Positions 1-8,901 of a stretch of DNA of 64,000 bases are shown in pieces. A model generated the notes under the pieces. It was not told the origin of the DNA. It did not search any database and worked only from the letters and a program-made list of their open reading frames with translations. Within the stretch, counting starts at the first letter, position 1; every line of letters starts with the position of its first letter. Source of the DNA: Nitrososphaerota archaeon (GTDB lineage: Archaea > Thermoproteota > Nitrososphaeria > Nitrososphaerales > Nitrosopumilaceae); contig JAGWFW010000001.1 in the NCBI GenBank assembly GCA_028867735.1, positions 9,671 through 73,670 on the forward strand. The letters run 5' to 3'. A program made the position numbers and the translations under genes.

Positions 1-213
1 TCAAACAAAGACCTTGCAAAGTTTGATGGGTTCATTAACAGAAGACTTTTGGCTACTCGTGCAGGAAAGCACACAATTCTTGTAGAGTTTGAAAGCCAAG
101 AAAAGTTTGAAAAAATGCACAAAACCCAGGAGCATTCTAGGATACAATCAAAGGGCCACTCATACATGGAAATTCCTCCAAGGCCCATGTTTTATGAAGT
201 AGTTGCCAATTAG
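1..213 (+). CDS. Partial CDS (5' end outside window), antibiotic biosynthesis monooxygenase (ABM)-like protein
   Basis: Frame 1 open from base 1 to TAG at 211-213: SNKDLAKFDGFINRRLL...ILVEFESQEKFEKMHKTQEHS...YEVVAN; GF..r.l / vefES...f..h pattern of the ABM fold. Confidence 0.65.
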   Translation, partial: SNKDLAKFDGFINRRLLATRAGKHTILVEFESQEKFEKMHKTQEHSRIQSKGHSYMEIPPRPMFYEVVAN

Positions 214-267
214 CAAGACACCTGCACTTGATACAAAACTGTATCTATTATCTGGAATACGCAAATC

Positions 268-645
268 TCACAGATAGTGAATCTTTGTGTGGTTATTGTG
301 TATCGTCTCAAACTGTGTGACATGGCCGCAGTGAACGCAAGAGAAAAACTGGTCTGACCTGCCCTGCGGAAACGAGTCTAATTTGTAGCCATCAAGCGAG
401 ACAACTGTGATGACTCTGTTTTTCTGTATGACTGCAAAGTGCCTTTCATGTCCTATTGATGCAAGGAACATCTTGATCGCCGTGATGACATCTGCAGGGT
501 CTATCTCCTCGTCCTCAACGGGTGCAAGAACAAACTCGTGCAGTTTCAGGGCTGGAACCGCTCCGACTTTGTCAGAGGCGTATACTGCCAGCGGGGATTT
601 TATGGAGGGGACTTCTCTGCAGTTTACCGTAATCATGTTTATCAA
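268..645 (-). CDS. Hypothetical protein with C-terminal C2H2-type zinc finger
   Basis: C-terminus CVHCGHVTQFETIHNNHTKIH (CxxC-x12-H-x3-H). Confidence 0.7.
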   Translation of the reverse strand: MINMITVNCREVPSIKSPLAVYASDKVGAVPALKLHEFVLAPVEDEEIDPADVITAIKMFLASIGHERHFAVIQKNRVITVVSLDGYKLDSFPQGRSDQFFSCVHCGHVTQFETIHNNHTKIHYL

Positions 646-675
646 AAAGGCAGAACTGTATTTTAGTTTAACAAC

Positions 676-948
676 TCAACTTAGGGCTTTTTTCAGTACT
701 GCAAAATTTCCCTTGTAGAGTATCTCCCTTTTGCCTGATTCATTTATAGTCCCGATCTTGCGTATAATCTTGTAATCTGACAGCTTTTGCACCTTTCTAT
801 ATGCCGTACTTGTAGGTATGTTGCATTCTGTGCAAATCTGGCTGGTGGATTTTGCAGTTGTCATGATTGATTCCAGTATTATCCTGTTAGCCTTATCAGA
901 CAAGAGACATTGTATCTCCCTGTCTTCATCGCTTTGAACCTCTAACAT
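676..948 (-). CDS. Winged helix-turn-helix transcriptional regulator (ArsR/HTH_20-like)
   Basis: LSDKANRIILESI...KSTSQICTECNIPTSTAYRKVQKL HTH pattern. Confidence 0.8.
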   Translation of the reverse strand: MLEVQSDEDREIQCLLSDKANRIILESIMTTAKSTSQICTECNIPTSTAYRKVQKLSDYKIIRKIGTINESGKREILYKGNFAVLKKALS

Positions 949-984
949 TGATCCTATTCTTACATGTACAATTTAATGGATTAC

Positions 985-1036
985 TTAACTAAGTTAACTG
1001 AGCCTCCTGACATTTCGGTTCTATCAAACCGGAATG
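985..1036. promoter_or_regulatory. Inverted repeats between two divergent wHTH regulator genes (candidate operators)
   Basis: TTAACT-A-AGTTAA (985-997); CATTTCGGTT-N6-AACCGGAATG (1011-1036, one mismatch). Confidence 0.35.
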
Positions 1037-1120
1037 AGATCCCTTCTACAATGTGTTCCTACGAGAAATACGTTCTGTACAGGCAAAAGATTTAGATAAA
1101 TAACTTGGGGCATTCTGCTA

Positions 1121-1921
1121 GTGACTGACATTTATGAAAACGCCGCAAACGATTTTCTTGAGCTTGCAAGCGAACAGCGTCTCAACATAATCTTCAAGCT
1201 ACTGGAAAAGAAATCAAAGATATCCAACATGGCAAAGGAGCTACACGCCACGGTGCAAGAAGTACACAGAAATTTCGAGCGTCTTGCCAATGCAGGATTA
1301 ATTATGAAAGACAAGGATGGCATGTATGACCTGACCACATATGGAAAAACCATGTGTACCCAAGTTCCGTCCCTTCTGTTCCTCTCCAAGAACAGAAAAT
1401 ACTTTGAGAATCATGATTTTGGTGACGTATCAATGAAGTTCATACAAAGAATAGGCGCGCTTGCCGGAGGGCAGCAGGTCAAGGGGTTCGTCAAAGTCTT
1501 GGAACAGTGGAAGACAATCTACAAAAATGCAGACGAATTTGTATATGAGATCTTTACTGAAGTGCCGCTTGATCTGATAGAGCCGCTTCTTACCAAAGTA
1601 AAGCAGGGGATACAACTGCATTACATTTTTTCCGAACCAGTGATAGTGCCAAAAGGCAGAAAGGAGCTTCTCAAAAAACTGGGTATGAAAGAGTTGCTTG
1701 AAAAAGGTCTAGTTGAGCGAAAAATGAGGGCCGGCACAAATGTGGTGGTGGTACTAAACGAAAAAGAGGCATGCGTCGGCTTTCCTACTCTGGACGGGGT
1801 TGCAGACATGAGGGAGATGTTTTACAGCAGGGATACATTGTTTCATGAGTGGTGCTTGGACTATTTTCGATACTGCTGGTATAACTCTGACTCGTTCCAG
1901 GAAAGCAAAATACAAGAATAG
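1121..1921 (+). CDS. Archaeal transcriptional regulator, N-terminal wHTH plus C-terminal DUF1724-like domain
   Basis: LASEQRLNIIFKL...ISNMAKELHATVQEVHRNFERL...YDLTTYG; C-terminal FHEWCLDYFRYCW. Confidence 0.8.
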   Translation: MTDIYENAANDFLELASEQRLNIIFKLLEKKSKISNMAKELHATVQEVHRNFERLANAGLIMKDKDGMYDLTTYGKTMCTQVPSLLFLSKNRKYFENHDFGDVSMKFIQRIGALAGGQQVKGFVKVLEQWKTIYKNADEFVYEIFTEVPLDLIEPLLTKVKQGIQLHYIFSEPVIVPKGRKELLKKLGMKELLEKGLVERKMRAGTNVVVVLNEKEACVGFPTLDGVADMREMFYSRDTLFHEWCLDYFRYCWYNSDSFQESKIQE

Positions 1922-1963
1922 GCAGCGGTATAAATTTAATCTGCCATACATTCTAAAACTTTA

Positions 1964-2833
1964 TTGCTTGACTTTACTGCAAAACACATCCGATGCATAA
2001 ACTGTAGCTCTGCTTTATCAGTGGAGTCGCTGGCAGGTGAGACAGAGATTGAGGAGGGATTTCTAAATTGCGACAATTGCAAATCTGTCTATCCTATAAT
2101 ATCTTCAGTGCCTTTCATGCTTGGCGATCTGTCTTCATACTTTTCAATTAGAATGTCTCTGGGCGGCCAGCTGATGTTGCTTGCAGCATCGTCCAAAATG
2201 AAGTCATTTGTAAAAGGCATACTGAGAAAAATAAACGCATCAGAGGATACGTCCGACCTTGAACAAAAATGGGCGGGAATTTACAAGTGCAGCTTGCGGT
2301 CCAAATTTTATTCCCATATCAGGGACCTGATGCAAAAGCTACCTGCAGGAGGTATTGTCTTGGAGCATGGGTGCTCTATAGGCAATGTGAGTAGAGAGTC
2401 TGCGAAAAGGAACTTGGTGGTATTTGGGATAGACAAGTCGTTTTATGGAATAGTAGAGGCAAAAAAGAACCAGAGAAAAAACTCTGATTTTCTTGTAGCC
2501 GACTCGCTGAACACTCCGTTTGGAAGCCAAAGGTTTGATCTCGTTATGGCACTGAACCTGCTTGACATTGTGGAGCCAAGCAAACTCCTAAAGACAGTCT
2601 CGCGCCAGACAAAAAAGTTTCTGGTACTGTCCGATCCATATGACTTTGATCGAGGAAAAAGCTCTGTAAAGGCAAAGACAAGTCCGGAAGAGCTGAGGTC
2701 ATATCTGAAAAACGCTGGTTTCGCCATGGTTCAGGGTACAGGCAAGCCTAGCTACATACCGTGGAAACTGAATGTTAATTCAAGGCTGTACCTCAATTAC
2801 AGGGTAGACGTGATTGTTGCACGAAAAAACTAG
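1964..2833 (+). CDS. Class I SAM-dependent methyltransferase with N-terminal Trm112-like zinc ribbon
   Basis: CINC...CDNC..YPII N-terminus; VLEHGCSIG motif I; FGIDKS; FDLVMALNLLD. Confidence 0.8.
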   Translation: MLDFTAKHIRCINCSSALSVESLAGETEIEEGFLNCDNCKSVYPIISSVPFMLGDLSSYFSIRMSLGGQLMLLAASSKMKSFVKGILRKINASEDTSDLEQKWAGIYKCSLRSKFYSHIRDLMQKLPAGGIVLEHGCSIGNVSRESAKRNLVVFGIDKSFYGIVEAKKNQRKNSDFLVADSLNTPFGSQRFDLVMALNLLDIVEPSKLLKTVSRQTKKFLVLSDPYDFDRGKSSVKAKTSPEELRSYLKNAGFAMVQGTGKPSYIPWKLNVNSRLYLNYRVDVIVARKN

Positions 2834-2835
2834 AT

Positions 2836-3906
2836 CTACTGCGCAATCTCAGGTGAACGCTGGCTGATCATCTTGGACAATCCTCTCATGTAATTCTTGG
2901 CAAAAGTTGTCACGGGCTGGGAGGAATACCATATGCATCCTAGTACCTCGCAATCATGGCAGGTCTTTGCAATCTCCCACTGTGGTGCACTCCAGATCTC
3001 GTCCACACTTTTCTCAAGAAGGTTGTATGTATTCTCGGGGCTGTTGTATTTCCAGCACGGTACCATGACAGTACCATTTCCATTCACAAAGATGCTCTTC
3101 CACACGCCGCATTCATCGTACACTCCGCGTCCGTGCTTGATTATCTGCTCAAAGTATTGAGGCGGAATCATTATCTGCGGATCCTCTTTGCTATGTATGT
3201 GCTCAAGCACGCTCTGACAAACTTTTACGATTGTATCTCTGTCAGGCAGCAGTGAATAGTCGACATCTGATCTGTCCTCCACAAACGTCAAGGAAACCGC
3301 GCTTACACTCATCTCCTTTGCTCTCCTAAAATAGGATTTATCGATGAACTCTTTTGTGTTAAACTTGGTTATTACAGAGTTAAAGTAGTGCGGAACTTTG
3401 TGTTCTGCCAATAATTGTAAGTTTTGCATCACGCGCTGGTATGTCTGTGGAGTGACCCCTCGGACTTTGCAATAAGGCTCTTCAAAGACAGAATCTATGC
3501 TGCATGTGACAAACTGGATGTATCTCTTCAGCTCATCAAGGTCTATTGTGTGCAGCAATGAACAGTTTGTAATCAGCGTAATTGGCAATTTGAGACCGTA
3601 CAGATGACGCACAAGTTCCATAAAGTCCGGCCTGCTTGTAGGCTCTCCGCCTTCGATTATGGACCAGATGCAATACTCTGAAACCTTGTCAAATATCTGC
3701 TTCCACTGGTCTGTGGTCAGATCCTTTTTGCTTGCAAGTTTTATCTGCCCCTGCTTGTCCGAGTCTCCAAACGGGCACATGGGGCAAAAATAATTGCAAT
3801 AATGCGTGAGGCTAAAGACCGCAATGAGAGGCCTTCTTTTTCCAATGGCCCTGTTAAGAGACCACTTGCCTACCCTGTTGATTGTTCTGACAATGTCTAC
3901 TACCAC
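2836..3906 (-). CDS. Radical SAM protein with C-terminal SPASM/Twitch-type Cys domain
   Basis: CNYFCPMC (CxxxCxxC), GGEP, C-terminal CGVW...GTVMVPC...CHDCEVLGC. Confidence 0.9.
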   Translation of the reverse strand: MVVDIVRTINRVGKWSLNRAIGKRRPLIAVFSLTHYCNYFCPMCPFGDSDKQGQIKLASKKDLTTDQWKQIFDKVSEYCIWSIIEGGEPTSRPDFMELVRHLYGLKLPITLITNCSLLHTIDLDELKRYIQFVTCSIDSVFEEPYCKVRGVTPQTYQRVMQNLQLLAEHKVPHYFNSVITKFNTKEFIDKSYFRRAKEMSVSAVSLTFVEDRSDVDYSLLPDRDTIVKVCQSVLEHIHSKEDPQIMIPPQYFEQIIKHGRGVYDECGVWKSIFVNGNGTVMVPCWKYNSPENTYNLLEKSVDEIWSAPQWEIAKTCHDCEVLGCIWYSSQPVTTFAKNYMRGLSKMISQRSPEIAQ

Positions 3907-4009
3907 GGTTCTAGGTTGCTCCTAAATGTATTAAAATCTTGTAACTTTTTACTGTTCGGTGCATCACGTTTTGAATTAATTTATTTAAAAGGAATGAGTT
4001 AGTTTTCAC

Positions 4010-4549
4010 ATGCGAGCACTGGCTTTTGTGGCAGTCTCTATCGCCGCAATAGCGATAGCATCCTTCATGCTTGTACGGGAAAACGCGGCCCAAACGGGAC
4101 ATTCTCAAGCTTTTGTGTTGTCAAGCACTGCGTTTGAATACAACGGAACCATTCCATTGCAGTATACGTGCGATGGAAGCGGCATATCGCCACCTCTTGC
4201 AATATCGGGCATTTCTCAAACCGCAAAAAGCCTTGCACTAACTGTAGTAGATGTTGATGCACCAAACGGACCGTTTACCCATTGGACAGTGTGGAACATT
4301 CCAACTAATGTAACCGCATTTTACGCGGGAGAGGACATTACATTTCCCCAAGGAATCACAAGTGCGGGGACACATGGGTACAAGGGACCGTGTCCGCCTT
4401 CTGGAACCCACCGATATTTCTTCACTGCATATGCACTGGATGCCGTACTTGATCTTAATCAGAACGCAACAAGAGGTGATCTTGAACAAGCCATGAACGG
4501 ACATGTCATAGACAGGACTGAATTGATGGGGAAATATTCTAAAGGCTAG
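4010..4549 (+). CDS. YbhB/YbcL family (PEBP/Raf kinase inhibitor-like) protein with N-terminal signal/TM
   Basis: DVDAP, FTHW, YKGPCPPSGTHRYFF motifs. Confidence 0.9.
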   Translation: MRALAFVAVSIAAIAIASFMLVRENAAQTGHSQAFVLSSTAFEYNGTIPLQYTCDGSGISPPLAISGISQTAKSLALTVVDVDAPNGPFTHWTVWNIPTNVTAFYAGEDITFPQGITSAGTHGYKGPCPPSGTHRYFFTAYALDAVLDLNQNATRGDLEQAMNGHVIDRTELMGKYSKG

Positions 4550-4627
4550 TTCCTCTCATGACGTACGAAATTTTGTAATGAAATAATTGCAAAAAACCTT
4601 AAATGTGCCACGTCATACAAGCATGAC

Positions 4628-4693
4628 AGGCTATGACATTAGCCTTGAAATAAAAATTTCTAAACTGCATCGCTTGGTGCTAATAATGTCTAC
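4628..4693 (+). ncRNA. Fluoride riboswitch (crcB motif)
   Basis: AGGCTATGACATTAGCCT (P1 with pseudoknot loop), TAAACTGC, GCATC/GGTGC stem, GCTAATAATGTCTAC; GACATT pairs with AATGTC; ~115 nt upstream of crcB; TATA-like CCTTAAAT at ~4597. Confidence 0.85.
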
Positions 4694-4706
4694 CTAATGG
4701 AAATTA

Positions 4707-4811
4707 ATGGGTAGACAAATGAACAAAAAACCAAAGTCAAAACTGTTGCGGGAGAATATCCATCTGGTCCATGCCATACGACTGGAGAAAACACTGGGCA
4801 GGCAGGTATGA
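4707..4811 (+). CDS. Candidate 34-aa upstream ORF between riboswitch and crcB
   Basis: MGRQMNKKPKSKLLRENIHLVHAIRLEKTLGRQV*; its TGA overlaps the crcB ATG (ATGA at 4808-4811). Confidence 0.35.
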   Translation: MGRQMNKKPKSKLLRENIHLVHAIRLEKTLGRQV

Positions 4812-5197
4812 AAATGATGGAGCTTGTATTTCTTGCAGTGGGTGGGACAGCAGGAATTTTCCTGAGGTATGGCATTACAAAATCACCGTTACTGTTTGGC
4901 GCACTGCCTGTAAACATATTGCTTGTAAACGTCATAGGAAGTTTTATTCTTGGTGCGTTTACAGTCGTTTCGCAACAATGGAACCTAGACGAAAAATATG
5001 CGTTGTTTGTAGCGATTGGATTCTGTGGAGGATTGACTACGATGTCATCATTTGCGCTTGAAACTTCAAACATGATTGATAACAAACAATACCTGATAGT
5101 AACAGTTAACATTCTGACAAATGTGGGATTGTCGCTTGGAGCAATATTTGGCGGCAGAGCTTTGGCGGCCTTGATTCTGAGTGGAGGGTTTAGATGA
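4808..5197 (+). CDS. crcB: Fluoride efflux channel CrcB/Fluc
   Basis: GGTAGIFLRY, NVIGSFILG, GFCGGLTTMSSF signature; four TM helices. Confidence 0.95.
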   Translation: MKMMELVFLAVGGTAGIFLRYGITKSPLLFGALPVNILLVNVIGSFILGAFTVVSQQWNLDEKYALFVAIGFCGGLTTMSSFALETSNMIDNKQYLIVTVNILTNVGLSLGAIFGGRALAALILSGGFR

Positions 5198-5508
5198 GAA
5201 CGCTGGACATGTGGGTGCTTGTGATAAGGATAAAGCGCAATGACACATTCAAGGGAAAACGCGTTCATAACTTGGTACTCGATATTCTTAAGAAAGGGCA
5301 TATCTCTGGCGCTACTGTGTGGACAGGTGTCTCTGGATATGGCAAGCGCGGAAAATCTAATTTTCAAATAGAAGGAATATCAGTCAACATGCCACTAGTA
5401 ATAGAAGTAATAGACGATCTGAAAAAAATCGAAGAGATACTGCCAGAAATCAAAGAAATTATTGGCGATAATGGTCTTGTCACAGTAAATAAGATAGGTG
5501 TTGTATGA
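5194..5508 (+). CDS. DUF190 (PII-like) protein, typical crcB partner
   Basis: ISGATVWTGVSGYG...MPLVIEVID; overlaps crcB stop (ATGA). Confidence 0.9.
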   Translation: MRTLDMWVLVIRIKRNDTFKGKRVHNLVLDILKKGHISGATVWTGVSGYGKRGKSNFQIEGISVNMPLVIEVIDDLKKIEEILPEIKEIIGDNGLVTVNKIGVV

Positions 5509-5580
5509 GATGCCAATCCTGTAAACCCACTTGGTACCTCCCACAAGATATTTTACTGGTTGTGAATTCCCACAAGTAAA

Positions 5581-6501
5581 ATGAAGTCAATCAACTATAC
5601 GCTGCTTGGAGATGAAACCATCGCCAAGGATCTCGGAAAAAAAGGAACCTCTACTGATATCACAATATATGATAAAAAAGAGACAGGCTTTGTAAAGACA
5701 TGGACCCTGCCCACGGGCTTTCCAGAAAAGATACCCACGCTTCTTCAGGCCATAAACATGGGAGAATACGTGATCTTTCATGTCTCAAAACTTGACAAGT
5801 TTACAGGTGAGCAGATTGTCGCGCTTGACGTACTTGGGAAAACTAGAGGACTACTGACCCATTCCTACGATGTAGACCGGGAAAAACTTCTCTTAATGAT
5901 AAAAGGAACAGCCGTAGAACAATACAAGATTGTGGAACCGTCAAACCTGAAGCAAGAGATGGATGCACTAGAGCCAGTGTCTGGAGACGGCCCAACAAGA
6001 ATCCCAATTGATCACTGCTTTGATGTGAAAGGCGTAGGCACAGTCATACTTGGTAAAGTGGCTCAGGGAAAGGTCAAGGCATATGACAAGCTAAAACTTT
6101 TGCCAAAAGGAGACGAGGTTCTGATAAAATCTATACAAATGCATGACGACCCGGTGGAAGAGGCTGTATCTCCAGCGCGAGTCGGACTTGCCGTGAAGGG
6201 GGTAGTATCTGACGATGTGCAAAGAGGAGATCAGCTGTCTATGGGCGAAGGAATCATTGTGTCTCAGGATATCGCACTAGATTACACGCAAAACAAGTTC
6301 TTCAAAGACAAACTCGCTGAAGGTCAGACATTTCTTGTCAACATAGGATTGCAGACAAGAGCAGCTAAAATAGTGTCTCTTAGTCCGATGAAGATTTCAC
6401 TCAACAAGCCTGCGTCATTTGTAAGAAATGACATTTGCGTAATTCTAAAACCAGAATCTGCAACCATACGTATAGTGGGCAGCGGCCCGATTGTTGCATA
6501 A
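5581..6501 (+). CDS. EF-Tu/SelB domain-2-containing protein with degenerate G domain
   Basis: IPIDHCFDVKGVGTVILG, IKSIQMHD, ARVGLAVKG, DVQRG; no intact P-loop. Confidence 0.8.
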   Translation: MKSINYTLLGDETIAKDLGKKGTSTDITIYDKKETGFVKTWTLPTGFPEKIPTLLQAINMGEYVIFHVSKLDKFTGEQIVALDVLGKTRGLLTHSYDVDREKLLLMIKGTAVEQYKIVEPSNLKQEMDALEPVSGDGPTRIPIDHCFDVKGVGTVILGKVAQGKVKAYDKLKLLPKGDEVLIKSIQMHDDPVEEAVSPARVGLAVKGVVSDDVQRGDQLSMGEGIIVSQDIALDYTQNKFFKDKLAEGQTFLVNIGLQTRAAKIVSLSPMKISLNKPASFVRNDICVILKPESATIRIVGSGPIVA

Positions 6502-6573
6502 GGGTACACGTGTTAGGGAACAGGTTGTCTCTACAGGCTCACTAAAATATCACTAATTGGCTGTGTTGTATGT

Positions 6574-6696
6574 ATGACCAGCTTTGACATGACCGCATTT
6601 GCTTCCTGGTGCTCAATATCTGGTATCTTGATTGTTGTGACTGCACTCGTTTACAAAAGATTTGCAAAAAATAACAATGAATCACATCAGACTTGA
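6574..6696 (+). CDS. Candidate 40-aa single-pass membrane microprotein
   Basis: MTSFDMTAFASWCSISGILIVVTALVYKRFAKNNNESHQT*; hydrophobic helix followed by KR; fills the intergenic gap; not in ORF track. Confidence 0.35.
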   Translation: MTSFDMTAFASWCSISGILIVVTALVYKRFAKNNNESHQT

Positions 6697-7246
6697 GAAG
6701 AAGGGCCTTAGGGGGCTTGCCGTGGCAGAGAGCTTTCGAGAAACTGACCGGGTATCTAGCTTGGCAGGTGTGGTGATGAGGCGGGATTTTGTCATAGACG
6801 GGTTTGTCTTTGGCAAGGCTACTATTGAAGGTGATGATGCTACAGATGCGATAATTTCCATGTATGAAAAATTGGCCCGCCAAGACATTAGTTTCATCCT
6901 GCTTTCCGGACTGATAATTTCAATGTACAATATCGTAGATATAAAAAAACTATGGAAGGAGACCAAGATACCGATAGTCGGTGTAACATATGAAGAGTCG
7001 GGCGGAATAGAAGATGCAATCAAGCACCACTTTCCAAGTTCCTATGAATCAAAGATATCTCAATACAAAAAACTTGGTCCTAGAACTGAAATATCATTGC
7101 ACACAAAACATGAGATCTATCTGCGTCTTGAAGGCTGCAGGGTAAATGAAGCCAAAAAACTTCTTGACTCATTTACATTGCAGGGTGCAGTGCCTGAACC
7201 GCTGCGCGTGGCACATCTTCTTGCCAAGGCCGAGCTGAACCTGTAA
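6677..7246 (+). CDS. DUF99 family protein (endonuclease V-like fold)
   Basis: LAVAESF...LAGVVMR...GDDATDAI...YNIVD...VPEPLRVAHLLA; ATG at 6677 preferred to TTG at 6662. Confidence 0.85.
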   Translation: MNHIRLEKKGLRGLAVAESFRETDRVSSLAGVVMRRDFVIDGFVFGKATIEGDDATDAIISMYEKLARQDISFILLSGLIISMYNIVDIKKLWKETKIPIVGVTYEESGGIEDAIKHHFPSSYESKISQYKKLGPRTEISLHTKHEIYLRLEGCRVNEAKKLLDSFTLQGAVPEPLRVAHLLAKAELNL

Positions 7247-7250
7247 CGAA

Positions 7251-7637
7251 TTATTTTCGCTCTTCTTTACTTATGGTCCACTTGCTGTTTGTCAGTCGGG
7301 AAGATGCAAACTCTATCTGTCCAAGCAACCTGTCACCTTTCCGCACCATGCCATACTCGTGACGAGCAACCTTGACAATCAACCTGCGCGTCTTGTATCC
7401 TCCCTCGATTACTTTGATCTTGAATCTCTTACTTGCCTTGATGACAAGGTCACGCGCTGCCTTTGAATCCCCCATCCATGAAAACATCTCAAACGTGCCA
7501 AAACTTTTGCTAGTTATTTCATAGTCGTACAGTTTTGCCTCAAACTTCCATTCCATTTTTTTTGCTTCTTCGTTCATCCAATCCACTGCCTGCCTTCCAT
7601 ATCCTTTTTCAATGCCAAAAGATTCTGCGTCTGCCAA
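7251..7637 (-). CDS. Conserved hypothetical protein
   Basis: 128-aa ORF filling the gap, normal composition. Confidence 0.7.
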   Translation of the reverse strand: MADAESFGIEKGYGRQAVDWMNEEAKKMEWKFEAKLYDYEITSKSFGTFEMFSWMGDSKAARDLVIKASKRFKIKVIEGGYKTRRLIVKVARHEYGMVRKGDRLLGQIEFASSRLTNSKWTISKEERK

Positions 7638-7725
7638 TTTTTGTTATCATCTGGAAAAGAGCTGAATATAACTCAAAAGTGATTCCGTCAAACGTGTTAT
7701 TAGCCTCACAATGGTGTAAAAAACA

Positions 7726-8886
7726 ATGACTAGGACTGCTGCAGACATACGCAAGGCAGTTGAATCAAACTGGAACGAGTATTTCTCAAAGTATGCCAAC
7801 CTGTTCTCTTCAAGCTACGTAGAGGGTTCGAGCCCCCCGTCTGTTTTTGTAGGCTCTTACGGATACCCAAAGGTCTTGGTGGGCCCAATGGTGCCACCTG
7901 TCCATGGGGATACGCTTGTCATGGACATGCCGGAGTACTGGATTGGAAAGAGTCTGGAAGACATTGTAAACTATAGGCTGTCACTTGTGAGGGGAATACA
8001 GGCAGTAAAGGTTAACGAGCCGCAGGGAAGGTACGTTGAAAGCTTGCAGGACCTTGCAATGTCGTCTCGCTCCATCGACTCGGAACTCGAATTTGTGAAA
8101 AACGCTAGGGCCTCTTCATTTGTAGACTCTGAAAATGCCCCGTTTGGACCAATCGGAGAGATAAAGAGTGCCAAGTTTTCAAGCTCTTCGTCTGACAAAA
8201 ACATTCAGAGGATGTTCTATGACAAAGACGTACTGGCGCAGGATGCCGTACTTGAGCTATACAACAGGGGAATTGAGATAAGCAAAATCCAAAAGTGCTT
8301 CAGCATAGGCATGTTTGGGAAAAATCGCAAACTTGTCCCTACAAGATGGAGCATAACTGCAACCGACGACACCATCTCGAAATCACTACTTGAAGAGATA
8401 ACGCATTTTGCAGAAATAGACAGCTGTCGCCTTTTTACATTTGAGCATCTTGGAAATTTGTATGCAGTAATTCTGTTTCCAAGCAGGTGGATGTTTGAAA
8501 TGCAGGAAGCGTGGTATGATCAAAATGGGAACATCGGGTTTGGATCTGACTTTGAGGACATGCACGGCCTCTCACACTATCCTGAAACTGCCGGTGCACA
8601 TTTTGCCTCAAGACTGGCTGTAGCCGAGTATCTCTTGGCAAATGAAATCCAGGCTGGAGCAATGGTGCTTCGTGAGATACGGCCAGAATATGCAGTACCG
8701 GTAGGGGTCTGGCAGGTACGCGAGGGAGTAAGGATGGCATTAAAGCAGAAACCAACACTAGTATCAAGCTTTGAGCAGGGACTGGATGTTGCGTGCAAGG
8801 GCCTCAGTGTGGACAAGAAAGAATGGCTAGCAAGAAGTAAACTGCAAAAAGCAAGGAAGCAGAAATTGATTAAAGATTATTTCTGA
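7726..8886 (+). CDS. nreA: Nre family DNA repair protein with C-terminal PIP box
   Basis: GSSPPSVFVGSYGYPKV, RKLVPTRWSITATD, VPVGVWQVRE; C-terminal QKLIKDYF PCNA-binding motif. Confidence 0.9.
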   Translation: MTRTAADIRKAVESNWNEYFSKYANLFSSSYVEGSSPPSVFVGSYGYPKVLVGPMVPPVHGDTLVMDMPEYWIGKSLEDIVNYRLSLVRGIQAVKVNEPQGRYVESLQDLAMSSRSIDSELEFVKNARASSFVDSENAPFGPIGEIKSAKFSSSSSDKNIQRMFYDKDVLAQDAVLELYNRGIEISKIQKCFSIGMFGKNRKLVPTRWSITATDDTISKSLLEEITHFAEIDSCRLFTFEHLGNLYAVILFPSRWMFEMQEAWYDQNGNIGFGSDFEDMHGLSHYPETAGAHFASRLAVAEYLLANEIQAGAMVLREIRPEYAVPVGVWQVREGVRMALKQKPTLVSSFEQGLDVACKGLSVDKKEWLARSKLQKARKQKLIKDYF

Positions 8887-8901
8887 CTGCTAGAGTTTTT
8901 A

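Noticed and set aside
4697-4810. In-frame TAG (4712-4714) between ATG 4697 and crcB, suggesting readthrough or pyrrolysine extension
   Set aside because: CrcB is complete from 4808, the extension resembles nothing I recognise, and no pyl genes are seen.
4690-5367. 225-aa minus-strand ORF, plus many other antisense or nested ORFs in the track (e.g. 20629-21198, 28092-28613, 43095-43670)
   Set aside because: Shadow frames of well-supported genes on the opposite strand, with no motifs of their own.
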